A stretch of DNA of 64,000 bases from Candidatus Poribacteria bacterium (GCA_965116925.1 OZ220744.1:640001-704000); one strand, 5' to 3'. Counted from the first letter of the stretch, positions 50,399 through 61,171 are shown. The notes: generated by a model from the letters alone, not told the origin. A program made the numbers and translations.

Positions 50399-50914
50399 AT
50401 GACCGATTTTTCCAAATTTATTCGGGAGGTTCCCGATTTTCCACAACCAGGAATCCTTTTCAAGGATATTACCCCACTGCTCCAAGATCCACAAGCCTTC
50501 CGCGATGCGGTGGATGCGATGGCAGCCCACTACGAATCGAAAAATATTGATGTGGTAGTGGGCATTGATGCACGCGGCTTTATTTTCAGTAGTGCGCTTG
50601 CCTATCGCTTGGGTATTAGCTTGGTTCCCGTCCGCAAGAGCGGAAAACTCCCCTACCACACGCATGAAGCCAATTATGAACTGGAGTATGGGGTTGATAC
50701 CCTCGCAATCCATCAGGATGCTTGTTCGCCGGGAAGTCGTGTCCTCATCTGCGACGACGTGATTGCAACAGGGGGTACAATCGCTGCTTCGATTGAACTT
50801 ATTGAGAAACTTGGGAGCGAAGTTGCCGGAATTGCAGTCCTTATCGAACTGACCTTCCTCAATGGACGCGAAAAATTCCCGGATCAAGATATTTTTTCTC
50901 TAATTGAATTTTGA
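50399..50914 (+). CDS. apt: Adenine phosphoribosyltransferase
   Basis: PDFPQPGILFKDITPLL, ARGF, RK.GKLP, LEYG, DDVIATGGT. Confidence 0.96.
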   Translation: MTDFSKFIREVPDFPQPGILFKDITPLLQDPQAFRDAVDAMAAHYESKNIDVVVGIDARGFIFSSALAYRLGISLVPVRKSGKLPYHTHEANYELEYGVDTLAIHQDACSPGSRVLICDDVIATGGTIAASIELIEKLGSEVAGIAVLIELTFLNGREKFPDQDIFSLIEF

Positions 50915-50955
50915 CCCTTGATATGCTATACTATCCCGTTGTTATTAGTTGAGCT

Positions 50956-51031
50956 GCGCCTGTAGCTCAGGGGATAGAGCAGGGGCTTCCTAAGCCTCGT
51001 GTCGGGGGTTCGAATCCTCCCAGGCGCACCA
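50956..51031 (+). tRNA. tRNA-Arg (anticodon CCT)
   Basis: Acceptor GCGCCTG/CAGGCGC, D arm, anticodon arm GGGGC-TTCCTAA-GCCTC, GTTCGAATC, encoded CCA; 76 nt. Confidence 0.96.
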
Positions 51032-51054
51032 TTCTTTATTTCTAGGAGAAATGA

Positions 51055-54000
51055 ATGTACAGCGTTAGTGTATGGAAAGTAATTTTAATCATTGTGGTAC
51101 TCCTGTTTTCAGCATTGTACCTCATCCCGACCCCGGAAAACTTTTACAATCCCCTATACGGAAACCTCTCCCTCTGGATGCAAGAGAGACTCCCCAAATT
51201 TGAAGCGACCGATGAAAATTCGTTAAAGGTAAGCCTGCAAGCAGTCGAATACCCGGAGGGCATCAACTTGCAGGATGCAACAACAGAGCTCAAGGAAACC
51301 TTGGCGAGAAGGTTGGAGGCTAACGGATTTACGGAGACGGTGGATTATCAATTTGATACAACGGAAGAACGAGACTTCCTTGTCAGTTTCTTATCTCCAA
51401 AGAGCAACGCCGATCTGGAAAGGATTCTGGAAGACCTGCATCTGTACGGAAGTATCCCAGCAATCGTCCGTCGCTTGATACCCGATAATCGATTAAAGCT
51501 CGGTCTCGATCTCAGAGGCGGTGTTCACCTCGCCCTTGAAGTCGATCTTGAGGAATCAAAAATCGAATTGTTGAAGGGACGTGCCGACTCGATTCCTGAG
51601 CGATTGCGAGCAGATAAGATTCATTGCAGGGTAGCGGAACCCGTCTTGGAGGAAAATGCGCTTAACGTCGTTGTCGGTATCCCGAAACGGCTTGCGGACC
51701 CAACCGAACGGGTAGAATATCTCAAAACGGCGCAGGAAAACCTTCAGGATTTAGAGTTCTTTGATGCCCCCCAAGAAATCAATAGAACTGACACGGAGGT
51801 CACCTATCAGATTCGCTTGGATGAGTCTGGCTTGGAGCAGTATAGTGAACAAGCGATCGACCAAGTTATGGTGGTGCTACGAAACCGCATTGATGCGTTT
51901 GGCGTTGCCGAACCGTCAATTCGACGCGAAGCCAACCGTCCCCGAATCATCGTAGAATTGCCCGGCGCAAAGGATTCGTCAAAACCCCTCCAGATTGTCA
52001 AAACGATGGGACGACTCGAATTTAAGTTGGTAGAAAAGAGTCCTACCGGTACAGTCGCTTGGACCGGATCGGCGGATACTCCACCGCCTGACGATATTCC
52101 TGAAGGCACCGAAATCCGATACCATAGCGACGATGGAACAGCACTAGCGAATAGCTGGTATGTTGTCCAGAGTCCAGTGCTGCTGAGCGGTGACCGGATC
52201 AAGAATGCCCGTGAAACCCAAGGCAATACCACCTTTGAAATCGTTGTGTCTATGGGTTTTGACTCCCAAGGCACCCGGCAATTTGGACAACTGACCAGCA
52301 ACCATGTCGGTGAACTCTTAGCGATTCTGCTGGATGGCAAGATCCAATCTGCACCGCGAATCAATGAACCCATTCTCGGCGGAAACGCTCAAATTTCTGG
52401 AGACTTTACCTTTGAGGAAGCCCAGTATCTGGCGAATATCCTCAAAGCCGGGGCGTTCCCCGTCGGTGTAAAAATCGCTGAAGAGCGAACCGTAGGACCC
52501 ACCCTTGGTCAAGAAGCGATCGACGACGGCGTTCGTGCCGCAGTTATTGGCATGGGAGTCGTTCTGATTTTCATGTTAATCTACTATCGCTTTTCGGGTA
52601 TTGTTGCGATTATTGCACTGGCGTTTAATATGCTCATCATTCTGGGCGCACTTGCTGGATTTGGCGCAGCTTTGACGCTGCCCGGACTTGCAGGGCTCGT
52701 CTTGACCATTGGGATGGCGGTTGATGCAAATGTGCTTATTTTTGAGCGTATCCGTGAGGAACTACGCACCGGCAAAACTGTATGGTCCGCAATTCAGACC
52801 GGCTACCAAAAAGCGTTTTGGACAATCCTTGACGCCAACGTAACGACGTTAGCCGTTGCAGCGGTACTCTACCATTTCGGAACAGGTCCCATCAAAGGAT
52901 TCGCTATTACGTTAGGAATCGGTATCTTCGCCAGTATGTTTACCGCCATTGTTGTCACACGAGAGATTTACGGTTGGGTGCTTGGCGGTCGAAATGTCGA
53001 GAGGCTAAGTATCGGACGGGAGGCCATCAGAAACACAACCATCGGTTTTCTTAGCAGAAGTCGGATGGGATTTCTTGTTTCTGCAATCCTCATTATTATC
53101 GGTATAGTTTCACTCATTCTTCATAATGGTCCTAATTTTGGGATCGACTTTCGGGGTGGCGTCAAAGCTTATGCTAAATTTGACCGCGCAGTCACCCAAT
53201 CGGAACTCTCCTCTAAACTGACGGAACTGGGTTATGAGCGTTCAAAAATCCAAGTGGACGCAGCGAAGCAGGAAGCCTCTATCGACATCGGCTACAGCAC
53301 GGAATTTGAAAGCCAGAGAGTCGTTGTGCCGTTGATAGCTGATCCAGGCGACGCAACTGCGACGAGCATTCAAGTGAGCACCACGCAGGAGAGAGTGCGT
53401 TTCCAACCCGGAGATGCGATTCAGCTAATCGAAGGAGAGCATCGGTTAAGGAATGAGATTCGTGAGGTTATAGAAGGGGAAGACACCGTTACCTTCATGC
53501 TTACGGACGAAATTGGAGCCGATTTGACGCAAGCAGCCCAAATACAGGTCCAAGCGAGTGTCGGACAGATCCTCACCGGTGCGTTATTACAAGGAGGCAG
53601 CGACTGGCAGGCGATGCAACATGCTGTGAATGTGAGCGAGGTAGGACCCAGTGTCGGCAAAGACCTTAAATGGGCAGCGTTGTGGTCTGTCCTCTGGTCG
53701 ATTGTTATCCTACTTTTCTATATCTCTTGGCGTTTTGAATTTCGTTTCGCTATCGGTGCGATCGCTGCCTTGATTCACGATGTGTTGATTACACTCGGTG
53801 TCTTTTCGGTGCTAGTGAAGGAAATTAACCTGCCGACAGTTGCCGCATTTCTCACAATTATCGGCTACTCCTTGAACGATACAATTGTTGTGTTTGACCG
53901 TATTCGTGAGAATAGCACACTGCTCAAAGGGACCGACTTCGCTGAAGTTATCAACAGAAGCATCAATCAATCTTTGAGTCGTACGGTGGTGACCTCATTG

Positions 54001-54198
54001 ACAACGCTCTTTGTTGTTCTCGTTATTTTCCTCCAAACGGCTGCGGGGCAAGAGATTAACACCTTCGCATTGGCGTTGATTGTGGGTGTCATCGTCGGAA
54101 CCTATTCATCTGTTTTCATCGCCAGTCCGATCATATATCTCTGGCACTTAAGAAGACGAAATATAGAAATTCAAGAAGTTCAGGAAAGCACTGCATAG
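51055..54198 (+). CDS. secDF: Fused protein translocase subunit SecDF
   Basis: LGLDLRGG, GMAVDANVLIFERIREE, GIDFRGG, GYSLNDTIVVFDRIRE. Confidence 0.95.
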   Translation: MYSVSVWKVILIIVVLLFSALYLIPTPENFYNPLYGNLSLWMQERLPKFEATDENSLKVSLQAVEYPEGINLQDATTELKETLARRLEANGFTETVDYQFDTTEERDFLVSFLSPKSNADLERILEDLHLYGSIPAIVRRLIPDNRLKLGLDLRGGVHLALEVDLEESKIELLKGRADSIPERLRADKIHCRVAEPVLEENALNVVVGIPKRLADPTERVEYLKTAQENLQDLEFFDAPQEINRTDTEVTYQIRLDESGLEQYSEQAIDQVMVVLRNRIDAFGVAEPSIRREANRPRIIVELPGAKDSSKPLQIVKTMGRLEFKLVEKSPTGTVAWTGSADTPPPDDIPEGTEIRYHSDDGTALANSWYVVQSPVLLSGDRIKNARETQGNTTFEIVVSMGFDSQGTRQFGQLTSNHVGELLAILLDGKIQSAPRINEPILGGNAQISGDFTFEEAQYLANILKAGAFPVGVKIAEERTVGPTLGQEAIDDGVRAAVIGMGVVLIFMLIYYRFSGIVAIIALAFNMLIILGALAGFGAALTLPGLAGLVLTIGMAVDANVLIFERIREELRTGKTVWSAIQTGYQKAFWTILDANVTTLAVAAVLYHFGTGPIKGFAITLGIGIFASMFTAIVVTREIYGWVLGGRNVERLSIGREAIRNTTIGFLSRSRMGFLVSAILIIIGIVSLILHNGPNFGIDFRGGVKAYAKFDRAVTQSELSSKLTELGYERSKIQVDAAKQEASIDIGYSTEFESQRVVVPLIADPGDATATSIQVSTTQERVRFQPGDAIQLIEGEHRLRNEIREVIEGEDTVTFMLTDEIGADLTQAAQIQVQASVGQILTGALLQGGSDWQAMQHAVNVSEVGPSVGKDLKWAALWSVLWSIVILLFYISWRFEFRFAIGAIAALIHDVLITLGVFSVLVKEINLPTVAAFLTIIGYSLNDTIVVFDRIRENSTLLKGTDFAEVINRSINQSLSRTVVTSLTTLFVVLVIFLQTAAGQEINTFALALIVGVIVGTYSSVFIASPIIYLWHLRRRNIEIQEVQESTA

Positions 54199-54221
54199 TA
54201 GCTGATGTGTCCATCAGTGTT

Positions 54222-54247
54222 AGCCCGGAGGGGGCCCCTTCGGGCTC
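54222..54247 (+). terminator. Stem-loop downstream of secDF
   Basis: AGCCCGGAGGGG/CCCCTTCGGGCT inverted repeat; no immediate U-tract. Confidence 0.45.
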
Positions 54248-54328
54248 GCACTCATGTTTTTAACCTTTGGTATGAGTTGGTTCTGACGACATACTCCCTT
54301 TCCCTTAAAAGTTCCCCTGTCAAATCGT

Positions 54329-55162
54329 ATGAACGTCACTTGGTGGTTGGTTCCAATTGGAATCATTCTGATTCTTGCCATTGGCATTCTGAGGGTCGCA
54401 GCGCGGCGGCGGGGATACCCGCGTGCCCAAAGGCTTAATAATGAGCACTCTAAACCGACACATCCCCTCACCCGTGAATTAGTTCATGAGATCCGCAATC
54501 CGCTCAATAGCGTTAACCTCAACCTCCAAATTCTGGAAGAAGACCTATCCGCTGAGAAACCCAGTTCCGCCAGCGATCTACAGAAGCGTGTCCAGCGTAT
54601 CCGTGGGGAGGTGGAACGGCTTGATCGAATATTAACCGATTTTCGGCGTTATGCAAATCTGCCACCGGTAGCGTTTGAAACCTGTGATCTTGCTGTGCTT
54701 ATCGAAGAGGTTTTGGACTTCAATGAACCAGAAGCACAAAAGCAGAATGTTCAGATCAACCGTGAGATTCAAGCACTGCCTCCTGTTCAACTCGATCAAT
54801 CGCAGTTCAAGCAGGCATTGCTGAATCTTATTATCAATGGGGTTCAGGCGATGCAAGATGGCGGTACACTCACGGTTCGCGCCAAACCGTTAAATGAGAG
54901 CGTACAAATTGATGTGGAAGATACAGGGCAAGGTATCGAACCAGAGCAATTGGACAAAATCTTTGATCTATTCATCTCCACGAAAGCGGAGGGGACCGGA
55001 GTCGGTCTCACAATCGTAAAACAGATTATCGAAGGACATGGCGGACGTGTAAACGTGGAGAGCAACCCCGGTCATGGCACAAAATTCTCCATTCTGCTAC
55101 CCATAACGCAAGTTGCTAGTTATAAAACCCGCTCGGCTCCGACTTCGCCAATCCGTTCTTAG
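54329..55162 (+). CDS. Sensor histidine kinase with a single TM and no evident sensor domain
   Basis: HEIRNPL, NL..N, D.G.GI, GTGVGL. Confidence 0.92.
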   Translation: MNVTWWLVPIGIILILAIGILRVAARRRGYPRAQRLNNEHSKPTHPLTRELVHEIRNPLNSVNLNLQILEEDLSAEKPSSASDLQKRVQRIRGEVERLDRILTDFRRYANLPPVAFETCDLAVLIEEVLDFNEPEAQKQNVQINREIQALPPVQLDQSQFKQALLNLIINGVQAMQDGGTLTVRAKPLNESVQIDVEDTGQGIEPEQLDKIFDLFISTKAEGTGVGLTIVKQIIEGHGGRVNVESNPGHGTKFSILLPITQVASYKTRSAPTSPIRS

Positions 55163-55442
55163 GACTTCAATTTATCGTCAGTGCTTGGCTCTGGCTATAC
55201 ACATTGCGCTCCTCTGGAGCGCAGGGATTGAACATGTTACCCTTCTATAGACATATCGCTCCTCTGGAGCGAAAGACAAAGGACCTACCAGATGGTTGGG
55301 GAGGCTCTGTCCTGACAAAAAACGGTGGACTTTCAACGACTAGCAACTTAGGTTACCCATACTAAAGTAGTAGGCACACTCCGTGTGCCGTAACTCCGCA
55401 ATTGCACTAATGAACCAATGAACCAACACATCAGGTGATGAG

Positions 55443-56924
55443 ATGATCCCAAAAATCCTTGTTGTGGACGACGATTCAGCGAGCGTCGAGGCAGCCGTCG
55501 AAGTGCTTGAGCGCGAAGGCTACGACCTGTTTGCAGCATCGGGCGGACGCGAAGCATTGAATATCCTAGCCGCTGAAGATGTTGATGTCGTCATCACGGA
55601 TGAAAAGATGCCTGATCTGAGCGGACTGGATCTGCTCAAGCACATAAAAGACAACTATCCCTACACACAAGTCATCATCCTAACGGGCTACGGTTCGATT
55701 GATAGTGCGGTCGAAGCCACAAAAGCGGGCGCGGATGGCTACCTCGAAAAACCGATACAAATTAACATCTTGCGCCAAACGGCGAAAAACGCACTCGAAA
55801 AACGATCGCTCTTCCTCCAGAACGTCAATCTGCGAGAGCAGCTCGATGACAAGTTTGGGTTTGCGAACATTATCGGCACCTCAAAACCGATGCGAGAGCT
55901 TTTCCGCATGATCCGACTCGTTGCCCCGACCAATGCAACAGTCCTCATCCGTGGTGAAAGCGGTGTTGGAAAAGAGCTAATCGCGAATGCGATCCACAAC
56001 CATAGCCGTCGAAAGGACAAACCGTATCGGACAATTAACTGCGGCGCGCTCTACCGTGAACTCCTCGAAAGCGAACTGTTTGGTCATGAACGCGGCGCTT
56101 TCACCGGGGCAACTACCCGCAAACTAGGGCTGTTCGAGCAGGCAAACGGCGGCTCTCTGCTGTTAGACGAGGTTGGGGAAATGGGACCTGAAACACAGGT
56201 GAAATTCCTCCGTGTACTGGAAGGACAGGAATTTACACGCCTCGGCGGGGATAAACCGATCAAAACCGATGTCCGTATTATCGCTGCAACCAACGCGGAT
56301 CTTGAGGAGGCAGTGAAAGACGGGAAATTCCGCAACGACCTCTATCACCGTATCAACCGCTTTCCGATTCGGGTGCCCCCGCTAAGGGAACGGCGGGAGG
56401 ATATCCCGCTGCTCGCCAGTGCATTTATCAAAGAGTTTAGCAAAGAACATGACCGTCCCGTTTCAGGGATTACCCCCCAGGCGATGGATTACCTTAAAAG
56501 TGCCGCTTGGGATGGAAACATCCGTGAGTTACGCAACGCCATCGAAACCGCCATCATCTTAGCAGGGACGGAGACCCTTGATCTCGACGATTTCTCCTCC
56601 GAATTTCAAACGAGTTTCACAGATTCTGAGGTCCCTTCGGATACCGATACTCAAATGGGGATTCCTCTGAATCTTGATGCTCCGGATAGTAGGGAACGCA
56701 GATCTGCGTTCCTTACAGATATGGACGATGAAAAGGTGGGAACGGTTGGAATGACAATGGAAGATATTGAAAAAGAGGCTATCCGCAAGACATTGGCAGA
56801 AACCGGCAATAATAAAAAACGGACAGCGGAAATGCTCAAAATCGGCTTGCGAACGCTATATCGCAAACTAGAATCTTACGGCTGGCTGAACAAAAACGAT
56901 CAAGAGGATGAACTACATGATTAG
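55443..56924 (+). CDS. NtrC-family sigma-54-dependent response regulator
   Basis: Receiver (VVDDD, D..MP), GESGVGKE, GAFTGA, Fis HTH. Confidence 0.94.
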   Translation: MIPKILVVDDDSASVEAAVEVLEREGYDLFAASGGREALNILAAEDVDVVITDEKMPDLSGLDLLKHIKDNYPYTQVIILTGYGSIDSAVEATKAGADGYLEKPIQINILRQTAKNALEKRSLFLQNVNLREQLDDKFGFANIIGTSKPMRELFRMIRLVAPTNATVLIRGESGVGKELIANAIHNHSRRKDKPYRTINCGALYRELLESELFGHERGAFTGATTRKLGLFEQANGGSLLLDEVGEMGPETQVKFLRVLEGQEFTRLGGDKPIKTDVRIIAATNADLEEAVKDGKFRNDLYHRINRFPIRVPPLRERREDIPLLASAFIKEFSKEHDRPVSGITPQAMDYLKSAAWDGNIRELRNAIETAIILAGTETLDLDDFSSEFQTSFTDSEVPSDTDTQMGIPLNLDAPDSRERRSAFLTDMDDEKVGTVGMTMEDIEKEAIRKTLAETGNNKKRTAEMLKIGLRTLYRKLESYGWLNKNDQEDELHD

Positions 56925-57092
56925 GGACATTTACTTCTTCTGTAGGTGCTTGCATCCCGATCTATCGGAGAGGGATCTCCGAATCCCGACCCACCACTGC
57001 AGCAGAAACCGAGTTTTGCCGAAAAAACTCGGTTTCTCTTCGTGCGCTGCACTTTCTTTTTACATTAGTTTCGTTGAAAAAGGAGATACCAC

Positions 57093-57890
57093 ATGGCTTT
57101 AACAACCGATCAGAAAGCGTTCTTTCAGGAATACGGTTACCTGCCCTATACGCGGGTTGTGTCTGACGAAGAATTGGAAGCACTCCGGCAGCGCAGCGAG
57201 GATATCGCTGAGGGACGTGTGACCCACGTGCCATCCCGCTACATCCAGCAGGAGGCAGCATTCCGTGATGGTGGGAATACTACCGAGCCCCGCCTTGACA
57301 CCGTCCGCAAGATGACGCAACTCTGCTACTTTGACGACCTTTTCCAAGCGGTTGCAAAGAAACCTGAGATTGTGGATGTCATTGAAGATCTCATGGGTCC
57401 CAACATCAAGCTCTACACTGACCAGTTGATGATGAAACCCCGCTACAACGGCACCGTGACCGACTGGCACCAAGACTCACCCGCGTGGCCCTTCTTCGTC
57501 CCACAAGACCACGTAAGCTGTTGGGTCGCCTTAGATGACGCCACCGTCGAGAACGGTTGTATGACCGTTATCCCCGGCAGCCACAAATGGGGACCCGTCA
57601 CCCGTGAATACAAGCAGCGATTCATCGACGATCCAGAGATCGCCAAGCCGACACCTGTGGAGCTGAAGGCGGGGCACTGTATGTTCCACCACGGTCTCAA
57701 CTTCCACCGCACCGGCGCGAACACGACACCGAATCGACGGCGTGGACTAGCGTTGCACTATCTCCACGCCGAGACGAAATACCTCGGCATTGAGGATGAG
57801 GAGGCACGTCTCGGAACCGAGTGCGGGCTGCCGCGCGGAGAATTTCGCTTCATGCCCATCCGAGGCAAAGAATTCCCCGGACGGGTCTGA
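57093..57890 (+). CDS. Phytanoyl-CoA dioxygenase (PhyH) family protein
   Basis: WHQD, W.ALDDAT.ENGC...PGSH, H.T..N. Confidence 0.92.
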   Translation: MALTTDQKAFFQEYGYLPYTRVVSDEELEALRQRSEDIAEGRVTHVPSRYIQQEAAFRDGGNTTEPRLDTVRKMTQLCYFDDLFQAVAKKPEIVDVIEDLMGPNIKLYTDQLMMKPRYNGTVTDWHQDSPAWPFFVPQDHVSCWVALDDATVENGCMTVIPGSHKWGPVTREYKQRFIDDPEIAKPTPVELKAGHCMFHHGLNFHRTGANTTPNRRRGLALHYLHAETKYLGIEDEEARLGTECGLPRGEFRFMPIRGKEFPGRV

Positions 57891-57950
57891 ACCATTCAAA
57901 TATCCGTAGGGGCGGGGTTCCCCCGCCCGTCCGTTAAGTCCTCTATCTTT

Positions 57951-58383
57951 CGCTCCTCTGGAGCGAAGATATACGTCGGGTCGTTCGGATTTTTGCGTAT
58001 TTGGTGTGCTGAAGGTATGACAGTTCGGTGGCTGCTTTGTTTGCCTATTTGTGTTTTCTGCGTCATCTGTTGAAATTGGCTATATCGGCATTCTATAGAC
58101 ATATCGCTCCTCTGGAGCGAAGATATACGTCGGGTCGTTCGGATTTTTGCGTATTTGGTGTGCTGAAGGTATGACAGTTCGGTGGCTGCTTTGTTTGCCT
58201 ATTTGTGTTTTCTGCGTCATCTGTTGAAATTGGCTATATCGGCATTCTATAGACATATCGCTCCTCTGGAGCGAAGATATACGTCGGGTCGTTCGGATTT
58301 TTGCGTATTTGGTGTGCTGAAGGTACGACAGTTCGGTGGCTGCTTTGTTTGCCTATCTGTGTTTTCTGCGTCATCTGTTGAAT
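57951..58383. repeat. Tandem repeat, 154-bp unit x ~2.8
   Basis: Units start at 57951, 58105 and 58259, each beginning with the CGCTCCTCTGGAGCG palindrome. Confidence 0.92.
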
Positions 58384-58456
58384 TTGTAATTCAGACAATA
58401 ATTATGCACACCCCTCAAATAAATAGCCACTTTCGCCCCCCGGTAGGTTCGGTTTT

Positions 58457-58573
58457 ATGAAGATTAAAAAAACAGTTCGGTAATTGGCTAGCGACACCGG
58501 CGCGGTTTGAAACCGCGCCTACCGTGTGTTTCGAGGAAAATAGGGATTACCGATTTAAATACTTAAACTTCAT
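58457..58573. mobile_element. MITE family A copy (117 bp) inserted in the loop of the REP of a family B MITE
   Basis: ATGAAGATTAA...TTAAACTTCAT ends; host halves GTAGGTTCGGTTT and CCAACCGCGCC. Confidence 0.8.
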
Positions 58574-58790
58574 CCAACCGCGCCGGTTTGGCGTGTCTCA
58601 TTAATTCTAAGATCCACTATAAATGACCCTAGTGAACCTTTTTAGTCCTTGCAACACTAAAAGGGGTAGGGGGACATTGTGGCAAGGGATATCGGAGAAT
58701 ATCACGTCCAGATTGTGTAATTTGTTGATGAACTCTGTCCTGTTTACTATGAGCGCATCCATAAAAATATCAAAGGAGACATAGCACCAC

Positions 58791-61070
58791 ATGAGAAGGT
58801 TTTCAATTTTTCTTGTATTGATCTTATTTACTTATCCCTGTGCTGCATTCGGACAAGAGGTCCCAAACGGCACAGGGGAAATTTACGGTACAGTCTATCA
58901 GGGGGATCTTGAGCAGCCGGTTGCATCCGCGCTGGTCCGCATTGTAGAAACAAATCAGCGCGTCACAACCGATCAGAACGGCGAATTTCGATTCCCCAAC
59001 CTGTCACCCGGAACATATACACTTACCACAGCCGCTTCCGGTTATAATCCACCGGAGGATGTTGTTGTCACCATCGAACCGGGAGAAACAACCGAACTTA
59101 AAATTTATCTTGAACAGATTGCAGTCGAACTTGATGAGGTAGAAGTGACGGGAGAACGTGCTGCGTCACCCGTTGGCAGACAAACTTTAAGCAGCTCCGA
59201 GATCCAGCGCGTCCCCGGTTCCACAGGGGATGCCCTGCGCGCCCTACAAGCCCTACCCAGTGTCGGTGTCGCAAACGACTTTAGCGGCGCGCTCTATATC
59301 CGCGGCGGCTCCGATGAAGACAACCTCTACTACTTTGACCGGGTGCCAATCGGCTATCCCTACCATTTCGGTGGAATCGTCTCGTCCCTCAGCTCCGAAG
59401 TCATCGAGCGGATCGATGTCTACGCCGGCGGTTACGGTGCCGAATTCGGCGTCGATTCGCAGGCAGTGATCGACATCTATTCCCGTAACAAAAACACGGA
59501 CGGCTTCCGCGCAAAGTTGAATCTGAATGTCCTCTACTCCGAAGGGCTATTAGAGGGAAAAATCAGTGATCAAGGGTTCTGGTATTTTGCCGGACGCCGA
59601 AGTTACATCGACCTATTCCTTGACTCACTGGCGTTTGACAGCGGGGAAATCACCGCTTTCCCCCGGTTCTGGGATTATCAGCTCAAGGGAGGCTATGACC
59701 TCAATGATAAGCATCAACTCTCTCTGAACATATTCGCTTCTGGTGACAGTTTTGCACTCAAGCTGGATGGCGAAGATGTGGACCAGGATTTTAGAGGAAA
59801 TGTTAGCTTCGGGAGCGGCTTTGAGGGGGCTGGTATTCACCTCCGTTCTCGGTTCACAGACCGGCTGACCTCATTTTTATCTTTGACCCGATCCGATTTC
59901 CAATTTGACGTCAGGGCTGGTCCCGAAATATCTCTGACGATTGATGCACCAGATTACTTGCTTCGCGAGGACCTCACCTACACCTTAAACCCGAAACATC
60001 AACTTGAAACTGGGGTGATATTTGGATTTGAAACGGGCAGAGCGGTTGGCACGGGTAACCGTCCGCCCGATGAGGGTGAGGTCGATTACGATTTTCGGCT
60101 CGCCGAAAGGCAAACATTCGATGAATCCGTATCTAGTCGACGAATGGAAGTGTACCTACAAGACCGGTATAAAGTGTTGCCATTTTTATCAGTTGCACTC
60201 GGTTTACGCGTGGATTACTTTAGCCTTGTTGACGAGTTTTCTATCCAACCGCGTGGAAGCCTCCTGTTAGACATTATGGAAGGTTCTCAACTCCAACTCT
60301 CTTACGGCAACTATCATCAGGTGCCGGGACCACCGCGACTTACCCAAAGCGTTGGAAATCCCGACTTGACTACAAGCGAAGCCAGTCACTATGTCTTGGA
60401 ATTCACACGCCAAGTTGCAGAGGGGACAGAATTCAAATTCGCAGGCTATTACAAAGATCTTACACACCTTGTGACTAACGATGAGGATATGAAATACCTT
60501 AACCAAGGGGTTGGATTCGCACAGGGGACGGAGGTGTTCCTACGCCATCGCGCCGGAGATCGATTCTTAGGTTGGGGATCCTACACCTATGGAGTTTCTA
60601 AACGACGTGACCGACCAGAGGACCCGTATCGCTACTATTCGTTTGACCAGACACACGTTGCGACCTTGGCGGCAACTTATAGACTCACGCCGACTTGGGA
60701 GATCGGTCTAAAATGGCAGTACCGAACTGGCAATCCCTATACCCCAGAGCTAGGCGTGACCCGTGTAATTGATCGACGCAACGGCGAACCCATCTACATT
60801 CCCATTTACGGGGACATAAATTCGGAACGACTTCCACCCTACCACCGGTTGGATGTGAAAATCAGTAAAGCGTTTCGATTTAACAGTTGGGAGATGAGTC
60901 TCTTTCTTGAACTCTTGAACGCCTATAACCGTAAAAACCTACTCACCTATAGTTACAGTGACGATTATGATGATGATGAAAGAGAGGTAATCTACTATGA
61001 TGGAGATGAAAGAGAAGAAATCTACCAATTTCCGATCATCCCCTACCTAGGAATTACCACCGAGTTTTAA
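58791..61070 (+). CDS. TonB-dependent receptor with N-terminal carboxypeptidase-regulatory-like domain
   Basis: Signal peptide, plug 'LP.V......G.L.IRGG', 'RLP.YHRLD', terminal Phe. Confidence 0.92.
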   Translation: MRRFSIFLVLILFTYPCAAFGQEVPNGTGEIYGTVYQGDLEQPVASALVRIVETNQRVTTDQNGEFRFPNLSPGTYTLTTAASGYNPPEDVVVTIEPGETTELKIYLEQIAVELDEVEVTGERAASPVGRQTLSSSEIQRVPGSTGDALRALQALPSVGVANDFSGALYIRGGSDEDNLYYFDRVPIGYPYHFGGIVSSLSSEVIERIDVYAGGYGAEFGVDSQAVIDIYSRNKNTDGFRAKLNLNVLYSEGLLEGKISDQGFWYFAGRRSYIDLFLDSLAFDSGEITAFPRFWDYQLKGGYDLNDKHQLSLNIFASGDSFALKLDGEDVDQDFRGNVSFGSGFEGAGIHLRSRFTDRLTSFLSLTRSDFQFDVRAGPEISLTIDAPDYLLREDLTYTLNPKHQLETGVIFGFETGRAVGTGNRPPDEGEVDYDFRLAERQTFDESVSSRRMEVYLQDRYKVLPFLSVALGLRVDYFSLVDEFSIQPRGSLLLDIMEGSQLQLSYGNYHQVPGPPRLTQSVGNPDLTTSEASHYVLEFTRQVAEGTEFKFAGYYKDLTHLVTNDEDMKYLNQGVGFAQGTEVFLRHRAGDRFLGWGSYTYGVSKRRDRPEDPYRYYSFDQTHVATLAATYRLTPTWEIGLKWQYRTGNPYTPELGVTRVIDRRNGEPIYIPIYGDINSERLPPYHRLDVKISKAFRFNSWEMSLFLELLNAYNRKNLLTYSYSDDYDDDEREVIYYDGDEREEIYQFPIIPYLGITTEF

Positions 61071-61147
61071 TGATCATTGAGGAAATAGAACCGGAAATAA
61101 TTCCAGTTCGTATCTATCATAGAGAAACCGAATTTTCCCCAGCCCCG

Positions 61148-61171
61148 GTAGGTGCGGTTTCCAACCGCACC
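61148..61171 (+). repeat. GTAG-type REP upstream of RAYT
   Basis: GTA-GGTGCGGTT-TCC-AACCGCACC; relatives at 46633-46656, 58499-58522 and in the downstream array. Confidence 0.85.

Noticed and set aside
50956..51031. tRNA as integration site of a genomic island
   Set aside because: No integrase and no duplicated tRNA 3' end seen; secDF follows directly.
57951..58383. Possible CRISPR array
   Set aside because: Sequences between the palindromes are identical rather than unique spacers, the period is 154 bp, and there are no cas genes.
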